From NCBI GenBank assembly GCA_032718475.1, contig JAUCBJ010002740.1:1-64000 (forward strand): DNA of 64,000 nucleotides, in the 5' to 3' direction. Below the pieces are notes generated by a model. That model ran no database searches, was not told the origin of the DNA, and saw only the letters and a program-made list of their open reading frames with translations. The translations under genes and the position numbers were made by a program. The stretch comes from Nemertoderma westbladi. Lineage: Eukaryota; Animalia; Xenacoelomorpha. This document shows positions 26,860 to 37,732 of this stretch, one piece after another (positions within the stretch are counted from its first letter, which is position 1; the number at the start of each line of letters is the position of its first letter).

Positions 26860-27960
26860 CATTAATCGGATCACTTATTCACTTAATATACAACGGTTCG
26901 AATACACATGCGTCTCCAGGGTTACTCCCTTGCGCCATACTTAATCATCATTGTGGTGGATTATATTTTACGCATTTCCTTAGACCATCATAATAAAGAT
27001 GATAAGGGTGATGATATATATATACCCTATTGGCTCCAGAAGTCGAGGAAATCCAGCCAAGCACATTACTGATCTCGAAATTGCTGAGTACTTAGGAGTA
27101 CTTTTAGAATCACCGGCTCCTTAGTTCATTGGAGCAAGCTGCTTCTACTGTCCGATGAACTTTTAGAAGTTTTTTTTTAACTCAATGAAGACCAAAAATT
27201 TTGTCATTCAACTTAAAAGTCCCCAGGAAATTTCTCACCATATGTGCATAATCTATAAGTTTGATTTGTTTGAGCATGTGGGTGACTTCTGCTACTTTGG
27301 ACAGCATTGACGGTACTGTACAGAGTTTCGAAGTCATAGATTACATCCGAATCTTAAGGTTCGATTATTTAAACTGGCAAGTTATGTTGGGTTCTAACTG
27401 CTGAGGACAATATTCTCTGGATGCTCACATACTGCATAGAAAACCACGCTACTGTAGTTTCATATTGTCAAGTACAATTAGTACATTTAAAGGAGCAGCT
27501 TGGTCTAGTGGTGACATTACTGTGCTTCCGATTAGGGAGCCCGGGTTCGATCCCTAGATGGGGCAGCACTGTTTGGGCACAGTGCTTTAAATGCTGCAGC
27601 CTAGCCCAACCCCTGCTTTCATCCTTCAGTGGTCGATAAATGGGAACCAAGGCAACTTGGGAAACAGAGTGGAAGGGTTTACTGTGGAAGATCACCCATG
27701 GTGGTGAACAGGCATTCCTTCGCTTAACGAGCCTAAAAGATTCTCCCATTCAATTAGTACATTTCCAACCGGAACCTATACAGTATTTCTGTGAGGTATC
27801 TCATTGGTCCCCCCAAGCACTTGAATAGAGCCGCCTCCGTTTCGCATGACATTGCTGTCTCCGTGAAGACCATTCTGTGCACAATCTTGTGCTTTGGCAA
27901 TTTTATGGAGAAAATAAGCATGGCGGACTGCCCATGATTATTTTGAAGCGCCTCATAAAG
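26860..27960 (+). mobile_element. Decayed RTE-like LINE reverse-transcriptase fragment, interrupted by a SINE
   Basis: Translates to QGYSLAPYLIIIVVDY (~26918; cf. QGDTLAPYLFIIVLDY), ITDLE, RLRFA*HC (~27832) and LVLWQ, with stops and frameshifts. Confidence 0.7.
27489..27750 (+). mobile_element. tRNA-derived SINE with a conserved central domain
   Basis: A box tggtctagtgg, B box ggttcgatccc, central ctttcatccttcagtggtcgataaatgggaacc (resembles the MetaSINE-type domain as I recall it); 14-bp TSD caattagtacattt at 27475-27488 and 27751-27764. Confidence 0.88.
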
Positions 27961-28396
27961 ATTTTGAGTTTTTAGTTTTTAGAGTTTTTGATTGACGGTT
28001 TTTGATAGCCCTTGATATAAATTGGAACGACGGCAGATGACAGTTTCCCAGGATGAAGTAAGCAAGCTTAACATACAGATACCATTATTTCATCCGTTGC
28101 CATGTACAACATTCAAGGATGAAGCCCATTTTCTAATAATCGTAAGCCTTTTCTACGTATTAGTCATCATCTGGTACTTTACATAGACCTAAGCTTACTA
28201 CGATGACAATAAAATTTTACATCCGAACATACGAATCTATCATTTGTATTGTACAAGAGATTATAGTAGGATTAACATCTGGTGTATTGTAGGATTATAC
28301 ACTAAAGATAGGTGGAACGATGAAAAATAGTTCACTTTGTCTTATTTTGATATCGGCGTTGTTGTCAGAAAACCAAAGGTAAGTTCTCCAAATGTA

Positions 28397-31300
28397 ATTT
28401 TCACTTCCCACAGAAATGCTCTCATTTCTGTGGGTTCTCTTTCACTTCGATCTGAAATGCTGTCATTTATGTGGACTCTTTTTCACTTCCCTCAGAAATG
28501 CTGTCAGTTCTGTGGGTTCTTTTTCACTTCCCACAGAAATGCTCTCATTTCTGTGGGTTCTCTTTCACTTCGATCTGAAATGCTGTCATTTATGTGGACT
28601 CTTTTTCACTTCCCACATAAATGCTGTCAGTTCTGTGGGTTCTTTTTCACATCGATCGTGAATGCTGTCTTTTCTGTGGGTTCTTTTTCACTTTGATCAG
28701 AAATGACGTCACTTCTGTTTTATTTTTGCCATTTATGAGGGTTCTTTTTCACTTCCCTCAGAAATGCTGTCATTTCTGTTGGGTTCTTTTTCACTTCCCA
28801 CAGAAATGCTCTCATTTCTGTGGGTTCTCTTTCACTTCGATCTGAAATGCTGTCATTTATGTGGACTCTTTTTCACTTCCCTCAGAAATGCTGTCATTTC
28901 TGTTGGGTTCTTTTTCACTTCCCACATAAATGCTGTCAGTTCTGTGGGATCTTTTTCACATCGATCGTAAATGCTGTCTTTTCTGTAGGTTATTTTTCAC
29001 TTTGATCAGAAATGACGTCATTTCTGTTTTATTTTTGCCATTTATGAGGGTTCTTTTTCACTTCCCTCAGAAATGCTGTCATTTCTCTGGGTTCTTTTTT
29101 ACTTCCCTCAGAAATGCTGCCATTTCCGAGTTCTTTTTCACTTCCATCAGAAATATCAAAAATGCTGCCATTTCTGTGGGTTATTTTCCACTTATATCAG
29201 AAATGCTGCCATTTCTGAGTGTTCTTTTTCACTTCCTCAGAAATGCTGTCATTTCTGTTGGGTTCTTTTTCACTTCCCACATAAATGCTGTCAGTTCTGT
29301 GGGTTCTTTTTCACATCGATCGTGAATGCTGTCTTTTCTGTGGGTTCTTTTTCTCTTTGATCAGAAATGACGTCATTTCTGTGGGTTCTTTTTCACTTCC
29401 CTCAGAAATGCTCTCATTTCTGAGGGTTCTTTTTCACTTCCCTCAGAAATGCTCTCATTTCTGTGGGTTCTTTTTCACTTATATCAAAAATGCTGCCATT
29501 TCTGAGGCTTCTTTTTCAATTACGTCAGAAATACTGCCCTTTATGAGGGTTCTTTTTCACCTCCCTCAGAAATGCTGTCATTTATGTGGGTTCTTTGTCA
29601 CTTTCCTCAGAAATATCAAAAATGCTGCCATTTCTGTGGGTTCTTTTTCACTTCCCACAGAAATGCTCTCATTTCTGTGGGTTCTTTTTCACTTATATCA
29701 GAAATGCTGCCATTTCTGAGTGTTCTTTTTCACTCCCACAGAAATGCTGTCATTTATGTGGACTCTTTTTCACTTCCTCAGAAATGCTGTCATTTCTGTT
29801 GGGTTCTTTTTCACTTCCCACATAAATGCTGTCAGTTCTGTGGGTTCTTTTTCACTTCCCTCAGAAATGCTGTCATTTCTGTTGGGTTCTTTTTCACTTC
29901 CCACATAAATGCTGTCAGTTCTGTGGGATCTTTTTCACATCGATCGTAAATGCTGTCTTTTCTGTAGGTTATTTTTCACTTTGATCAGAAATGACGTCAT
30001 TTCTGTTTTATTTTTGCCATTTATGAGGGTTCTTTTTCACTTCCCTCAGAAATGCTGTCATTTCTCTGGGTTCTTTTTTACTTCCCTCAGAAATGCTGCC
30101 ATTTCCGAGTTCTTTTTCACTTCCATCAGAAATATCAAAAATGCTGCCATTTCTGTGGGTTATTTTCCACTTATATCAGAAATGCTGCCATTTCTGAGTG
30201 TTCTTTTTCACTTCCTCAGAAATGCTGTCATTTCTGTTGGGTTCTTTTTCACTTCCCACATAAATGCTGTCAGTTCTGTGGGTTCTTTTTCACATCGATC
30301 GTGAATGCTGTCTTTTCTGTGGGTTCTTTTTCTCTTTGATCAGAAATGACGTCATTTCTCTGGGTTCTTTTTTACTTCCCTCAGAAATGCTGCCATTTCC
30401 GAGTTCTTTTTCACTTCCATCAGAAATATCAAAAATGCTGCCATTTCTGTGGGTTATTTTCCACTTATATCAGAAATGCTGCCATTTCTGAGTGTTCTTT
30501 TTCACTTCCTCAGAAATGCTGTCATTTCTGTTGGGTTCTTTTTCACTTCCCACATAAATGCTGTCAGTTCTGTGGGTTCTTTTTCACATCGATCGTGAAT
30601 GCTGTCTTTTCTGTGGGTTCTTTTTCTCTTTGATCAGAAATGCTGTCATTTATGTGGGTTCTTTGTCACTTTCCTCAGAAATATCAAAAATGCTGCCATT
30701 TCTGTGGGTTCTTTTTCACTTCCCACAGAAATGCTCTCATTTCTGTGGGTTCTTTTTCACTTCCCACAGAAATGCTCTCATTTCTGTGGGTTTTTTTTCA
30801 CTTATATCAGAAATGCTGCCATTTCTGAGTGTTCTTTTTCACTTCCCTCAGAAATGCTGTCATTTCTGTTGGGTTCTTTTTCACTTCCCACATAAATGCT
30901 GTCAGTTCTGTGGGTTCTTTTTCACTTCCCACAGAAATGCTCTCATTTCTGTGGGTTCTTTTTCACTTCCCACAGAAATGCTCTCATTTCTGTGGGTTCT
31001 CTTTCACTTCGATCTGAAATGCTGTCATTTATGTGGACTCTTTTTCACTTCCTCAGAAATGCTGTCATTTCTGTTGGGTTCTTTTTCACTTCCCACATAA
31101 ATGCTGTCAGTTCTGTGGGTTCTTTTTCACATCGATCGTGAATGCTGTCTTTTCTGTGGGTTCTTTTTCACTTCCTCAGAAATGCTGTCATTTCTGTTGG
31201 GTTCTTTTTCACTTCCCACATAAATGCTGTCAGTTCTGTGGGTTCTTTTTCACATCGATCGTGAATGCTGTCTTTTCTGTGGGTTCTTTTTCACTTTGAT

Positions 31301-32615
31301 CAGAAATGACGTCATTTCTGTGGGTTCTTTTTCACTTCCCTCAGAAATGCTCTCATTTCTGTGGGTTCTTTTTCACCTCCCTCAGAAATGCTGTCATTTA
31401 TGTGGGTTCTTTTTCACTTCCTCAGAAATGCTGTCATTTCTGTTGGGTTCTTTTTCACTTCCCACATAAATGCTGTCAGTTCTGTGGGTTCTTTTTCACT
31501 TCCCACATAAATGCTGTCAGTTCTGTGGGTTCTTTTTCACATCGATCGTGAATGCTGTCTTTTCTGTGGGTTCTTTTTCACTTCCCACAGAAATGCTCTC
31601 ATTTCTGTGGGTTCTTTTTCACTTCCCACAGAAATGCTCTCATTTCTGTGGGTTCTCTTTCACTTCGATCTGAAATGCTGTCATTTATGTGGACTCTTTT
31701 TCACTTCCTCAGAAATGCTGTCATTTCTGTTGGGTTCTTTTTCACTTCCCACATAAATGCTGTCAGTTCTGTGGGTTCTTTTTCACATCGATCGTGAATG
31801 CTGTCTTTTCTGTGGGTTCTTTTTCACTTTGATCAGAAATGACGTCATTTCTGTGGGTTCTTTTTCACTTCCCTCAGAAATGCTCTCATTTCTGTGGGTT
31901 CTTTTTCACTTCCCTCAGAAATGCTCTCATTTCTGTGGGTTCTTTTTCACCTCCCTCAGAAATGCTGCCATTTCTGTGGGTTCTTTTTCACTTATATCAA
32001 AAATGCTGCCAATTCTGAGTATTCTTTTTCACTTCCCTCAGAAATGCTCTCATTTCTCTAGGTTCTTTTTCACTTCCCTCAGAAATGCTGCCATTTCTGA
32101 GGGTTCTTTTTCACTTTCCTCAGAAATATCAAAAATGCTGCCATTTCTCTGGGTTCTTTTTCACTTATATCAAAAATGCTGCCAATTCTGAGTATTCTTT
32201 TTCGCTTCCCTCAGAAATGCTGTCATTTCTGTGGGTTCTTTTTCACTTCACTCAGAAATACTCTCATTTCTGTGGTTTCTTTTTTACTTCCCTTAGAAAT
32301 GCTATCATTTCTGTGGGCTCTTTTTCATTTCCCTCAAAAATTCTGCCATTTCTGAGGGTTCTTTTCACTTCCCTCAGAAACACTGCCATTTCTGAGGGTT
32401 CTTTTTCACTTCCCTCAGAAATGCTGTCATTTCTGAGGGTTCTTTTTCACTTCCTTCAGAAATGCTGTCATTTATGTGGGTTCGTTGTCACTTCATTCGG
32501 AAATGCACCCATTTCTGTGGGTTATTTTTCACTTCCCTCGGAAATGCTCTCATTTCTGTGGGGTCTTTTTCACTTCCCTCAGAAATGCTCTCATTTCTCT
32601 GGGTTCGTTTTCACT
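28397..32615. repeat. 41-bp satellite array B (same family as array A), with a ~979-bp internal duplication
   Basis: Same unit; identical ORFs at 28930/29909 and 29073/30052. Confidence 0.97.
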
Positions 32616-34493
32616 GTTCACCACCATGGGTGATCTTCCACAGTAAGCCCGTCCACTCTGTTTCCTAAAGGAATGCCTGTTCACCACCATGGGTGATCTT
32701 CCACAGTAAACCCTTCCACTCTGTTTCCTAAAGGAATGCCTGTTCACCACCATTGGTGATCTTCCACAGTAAACCCTTCCACTCTGTTTCCTAAAGGAAT
32801 GCCTGTTCACCACTATGGGTGATCTTCCACAGTAAACCCTTCCACTCTGTTTCCTAAAGGAATGCCTGTTCACCACCGTGGGTGATCTTCCACAATAAAC
32901 CCTTCCACTCTGTTTCCTAAAGGAATGCCTGTTCACCACCATGGGTTATCTTCCACAATAAACACTTCCACTCTGTTTCCTAAAGGAATGCCTGTTCACC
33001 ACCATGGGTGATCTTCCACAATAAACCCTTCCACTCTGTTTCCTAAAGGAATGCCTGTTCACCACCATGGGTGATCTTCCACAATAAACCCTTCCACTCT
33101 GTTTCCTAAAGGAATGCCTGTTCACCACCATGGGTGATCTTCCACAGTAAACCCTTCCACTCTGTTTCCTAAAGGAATGCCTGTTCACCACCATGGGTGA
33201 TCTTCCACAATAAACCCTTCCACTCTGTTTCCTAAAGGAATGCCTGTTCACCACCATGGGTGATCTTCCACAATAAACCCTTCCACTCTGTTTCCTAAAG
33301 GAATGCCTGTTCACCACCATGGGTGATCTTCCACAATAAACCCTTCCACTCTGTTTCCTAAAGGAATGCCTGTTCACCACCATGGGTGATCTTCCACAAT
33401 AAACCCTTCCACTCTGTTTCCTAAAGGAATGCCTGTTCACCACCATGGGTGATCTTCCACAGTAAACCCTTCCACTCTGTTTCCTAAAGGAATGCCTGTT
33501 CACCACCATGGGTGATCTTCCACAATAAACCCTTCCACTCTGTTTCCTAAAGGAATGCCTGTTCACCACCATGGGTGATCTTCCACAGTAAACCCTTCCA
33601 CTCTGTTTCCTAAAGGAATGCCTGTTCACCACCATGGGTGATCTTCCACAATAAACCCTTCCACTCTGTTTCCTAAAGGAATGCCTGTTCACCACCATGG
33701 GTGATCTTCCACAATAAACCCTTCCACTCTGTTTCCTAAAGGAATGCCTGTTCACCACCATGGGTGATCTTCCACAATAAACCCTTCCACTCTGTTTCCT
33801 AAAGGAATGCCTGTTCACCACCATGGGTGATCTTCCACAATAAACCCTTCCACTCTGTTTCCTAAAGGAATGCCTGTTCACCACCATGGGTGATCTTCCA
33901 CAATAAACCTTTCCACTCTGTTTCCTAAAGGAATGCCTGTTCACCACCATGGGTGATCTTCCACAATAAACCCTTCCACTCTGTTTCCTAAAGGAATGCC
34001 TGTTCACCACCATGGGTGATCTTCCACAGTAAACCCTTCCACTCTGTTTCCTAAAGGAATGCCTGTTCACCACCATGGGTGATCTTCCACAATAAACCCT
34101 TCCACTCTGTTTCCTAAAGGAATGCCTGTTCACCACCATGGGTGATCTTCCACAATAAACCCTTCCACTCTGTTTCCTAAGGGAATGCCTGTTCACCACC
34201 ATGGGTAATCTTCCACAATAAACCCTTCCATTCTGTTTCATAAAGGAATGCATGTTCACCACCATGGGTGATCTTCCACAGTAAACCCTTCCACTCTGTT
34301 TCCTAAAGGAGTGCCTGTTCACCACCATGGGTGATCTTCCACAATAAACCCTTCCACTCTGTTTCCTAAAGGAGTGCCTGTCCACCACCATGGGTGATCT
34401 TCCACAATAAACCCTTCCACTCTGTTTCCTAAAGGAGTGCCTGTTCACCACCATGGGTGATCTTCCACAATAAACTCATCCACTCTGTTTCCT
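32614..34493. repeat. 63-bp satellite, ~30 copies, SINE-derived
   Basis: Unit ctgttcaccaccatgggtgatcttccaca(g/a)taaacccttccactctgtttcctaaaggaatgc is the reverse complement of 27658-27720. Confidence 0.97.
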
Positions 34494-34496
34494 GAT

Positions 34497-34654
34497 AGGC
34501 AGGTTCCATACAGACTACTACTCACTATTCAAGGGCGTAATTGTCATTACGATTACAATACAAAATCAAGGATGTGTTCTAGAATTATTTATAATTATTT
34601 TGTATTGTATTATGCGATTTGAGTAGTAGTGAGTAGTCTGTGTGAACACTGCCT
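34497..34654. mobile_element. Small MITE (PIF/Harbinger-like TIRs)
   Basis: aggcaggttccatacagactactactcac versus gtagtagtgagtagtctgtgtgaacactgcct. Confidence 0.6.
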
Positions 34655-35031
34655 TACATACATACAATCATTAACTTTACCAACTACCTACATTTAGTAC
34701 GAAGCAGGAAGGTACAATCAATCTGATCCATTCGTATTTGGAGTTTTTTCGAATATTTTTTACAGATACTGTACAAGTTTAAATTTTAACTTTAAATTAC
34801 AAAAACGTATTAGTGGCGGTTTCCAAGGTAACGGCCCGCCCAATCCATTCGTGGGGGGGGGGGGGGGGGGGGTTTAATTAACATAGTCGGTTAGATATAA
34901 TAACATTATACAATAATATCTCTGGAGAACATAAATATCAGTGGAACTGAATTCTAACCAAATTTTTATTATCATTTAAATTAAATTAAATTTTATTTCA
35001 ATTTCATCAGGCTAGATAATTACAAATCGAG

Positions 35032-35092
35032 ATGACGAAGTTATCAATCACGTCACTGATGCTTGTTATCATCTGTTCTACTTCCAGATCAG
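35032..35092 (+). CDS. Coding exon 1 of secreted ShKT + 4-module protein: signal peptide MTKLSITSLMLVIICSTSRS
   Basis: Acceptor tttcatcag|35011, ATG at 35032, hydrophobic core, phase-1 donor cag|gtagg that is in frame with the ShKT exon. Confidence 0.75.
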
Positions 35093-37048
35093 GTAGGCCT
35101 ACTCTGTATTGTAAAGAGTATAATACCTATACTAACCAACTAAAACCAAAATAACTAAATATTTTGGATATTTTTGTGGCGGGTACCTATGACCCTGAAG
35201 ATGCCCCGAGGTGTGAAATTGATTGGTCGGTAACGGTGATGGTTGATGTTACTAACTAACTAACTTTTTTTTAAGTATATTAATATACGAACGGGCGTTA
35301 TAAGAGCTCCAGATTTTTTCTAACTGGTATTCCTTGTTGTTTTATACGTTATGAACGCCCTGAAGTCGGCATGTCGTTTCCTGAATAACTGTTTGAAAAT
35401 GACATACTGTACTGTACTACTGCACCACTACAGTATCTACACAACAGTACTGCTGTTGTTACCGGTATCCCACAGTAGTTTAGGGATAAGAGGATTTTCA
35501 AAGGCCAAAAATGGGACTACAATATCAGAAAACTCTCTCCTATTCTAGCTAATCATTAGCGCGAGGGTTTAATACAACATAATTGTGTATTTAAATTCCC
35601 TCCTATATCAGCCAATATATAACAATAAGGGGGGAGTAATAAAGTCACATATTTGTCCATTTATATCATCCCCTAAAATAGGAGGATAAATTTATCAATT
35701 TATTAGTAAATTATTACACCACCTAAATAATTAACCCGTGCGCTTTTGGAGTTGAAATAAGTGTTTCTGCGCGCGATTTAATGTAGCGGGGTTTTAAAAC
35801 CAAATTTATTCCATAGACTGTACCAACGTGCTCCATTTTGTCGTGTGCTATTTAATTTAAATATATTTTATTTAATTAATTACATACAGTTACCCCGGTT
35901 TGAGGTGTAACGAAAAAATAAATGTTTAAGCTGAATCTTGTACCAGACCAAATGTTGCCTCTTAATGAGGAAGGTGATTCTTCTGCAGTTATCCAGTCTG
36001 CCGCTAGGTGGCGAAATGTCTGAAAGTGAAAACCTTCTACCATTTCCGTGATTTGAATTCGTTTAGGCTGAATCTTGGCTTATATGTACTATACTACTGT
36101 ACATGTTTCTTCTATGTGAAGAAGGTGATCGGTCTGCAGTTCTCCAGTCTGTCGCTAGAGGGCGACAGACTGGAGAATCTTCCTGTAAAAAATTACGTTT
36201 ATTTGATTTAATCAGCTGAAACTTGGCATATAAGTACTAGAAAACTGGCTGCTTCTTTGTGGGACGGTGACGGTACTCCATCTACATTTCTAGAGTTTAC
36301 CACTAGAGGTCGAAATATCAGAAAGAAAAAACCTTCTCTCATTTCGTCATTTGTTATCAGTTCAAGGTGGAACTTGGCAGATATACACGCTAGACCGCAG
36401 ACCATCCATAGGCTGCGTCTTTGTTGGGACAGTAATCCCTCGCCAGTTCTCCAGTCTACCGCTAAGTGGGTTAAAATGAAAACATTTTAGAAATATGTGA
36501 AATAAAAACCTTCAGCCCTTTCGTTTTATTGTTCCTGATTGATTCCCGGCACATATATTCTAGACCTCAGAGTGGTTTTTTCTCAGCAGATATATGTATA
36601 TTTTATATGTATGAATATTGGTTTTACATATATAATATTCCATTATACATAAATAAATATATTGATATATTCCTATATATGATACAATACGATACGTCAT
36701 GTGTGTGTGATACGCATTCAATAATAATTTTTGTTCAATATTCCACGAGTAACCGATGGTGAACCGACTACCAGAGTCGTCATTTTGAAGGATAAAACCT
36801 TTCAATTTCTTGGTATTGTTCCAAACCAAGTTTATGATGAAGAATTGCCAATTCCATTTTACCTGAAATTTCACGAGCTTGTCTTATCAATATACGTATC
36901 GTAATGTTTAATTTCTGTATATTTTGAGGTATTACTCCAATTATTTTATTGTTGTCATTTACTGTATATTAATCCGAACTTGATATGTACTCTACGGTGT
37001 AAATTAATTACTTCTCAATAACCTCACTATAATTTAATTTAATTACAG

Positions 37049-37165
37049 AAATTTGTGAAGATGCAAATTCAAATTGCCCTGCTTGGGCGGCCCGTGATCA
37101 ATGTGAGGCAAATCCTTTATACATGCTGAAGAATTGTCGGTTGTCATGTAAAGAATGCGTTAAAG
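37049..37165 (+). CDS. Coding exon 2: ShKT (ShK toxin-like) domain
   Basis: ttacag| (E)ICEDANSNCPAWAARDQCEANPLYMLKNCRLSCKECVK |gttag; canonical six-Cys ShKT spacing (C..C..W...C..NP.YM...C..SC..C); 117 nt, phase 1-1. Confidence 0.92.
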
Positions 37166-37330
37166 GTTAGTTTTTTCGCACCGTACAACTGTTAAGAACG
37201 AGGCTGATTGAACACCTGGAGTTTTCGATGCCAATTTTTAACAACTGCTCAACAATGATTATATATTGCCACATAACTTCATAGTCTAATTATATTTGTT
37301 TATTCTATCGTTATTATTTTATTCCTAAAG

Positions 37331-37726
37331 GGAGATTCACTATTCCTGCGACATTTGTAAGCGAGAAGGTTGGCCCAAATGGTCCTGAAGCCAAGTGCGG
37401 ATACGATATCAACGTGAGTTACGAGCAGGGCGATGCGGAAGTGCGTAGGCTGATAGACGAAGCAGACAGCTGCACCCAAACTGTTACCACCTCAACCCGA
37501 TACATCTACAGCCCCGACCTCTGTTTTGCTGATCGTGATGGCAACAAGCATCCATTCGATGTCTGGACCAATACAAAGTGCAGTCAGAGCTCTACTGAAT
37601 GTCTCGAGACCATTGTTGTTGCAAACAAGAAGTTACTTCCCATCACGAAATTGCAGGTTGGGGATACCGGTTCGTCCAATGAGGTGATCTACAGTGAAAC
37701 AGTCAGTGACATCGACTGCGTAAAGG
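37331..37726 (+). CDS. Coding exon 3: module 1 (Caspr/Neurexin-IV-type fibrinogen/COLFI-like domain)
   Basis: cctaaag| GRFTIPATFVSEKVGPNGPEAKCGYDINVSY...DRDG...KKLLPITKLQVGDTGSSNE...DIDCVK |gttag; 396 nt, phase 1-1. Confidence 0.88.
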
Positions 37727-37732
37727 GTTAGT

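Noticed and set aside
27492-27565. tRNA gene
   Set aside because: No convincing cloverleaf; it continues into a SINE body bounded by a TSD.
22268-32668. Dozens of Phe/Cys/Ser-rich ORFs
   Set aside because: They are translations of the 41-bp satellite in shifting frames.
32550-34454. 502-aa and 130-aa repeat proteins (MVVNRHSFRKQSGRVYCGRSP)n
   Set aside because: The 63-bp unit is divisible by 3 and derives from a non-coding SINE segment.
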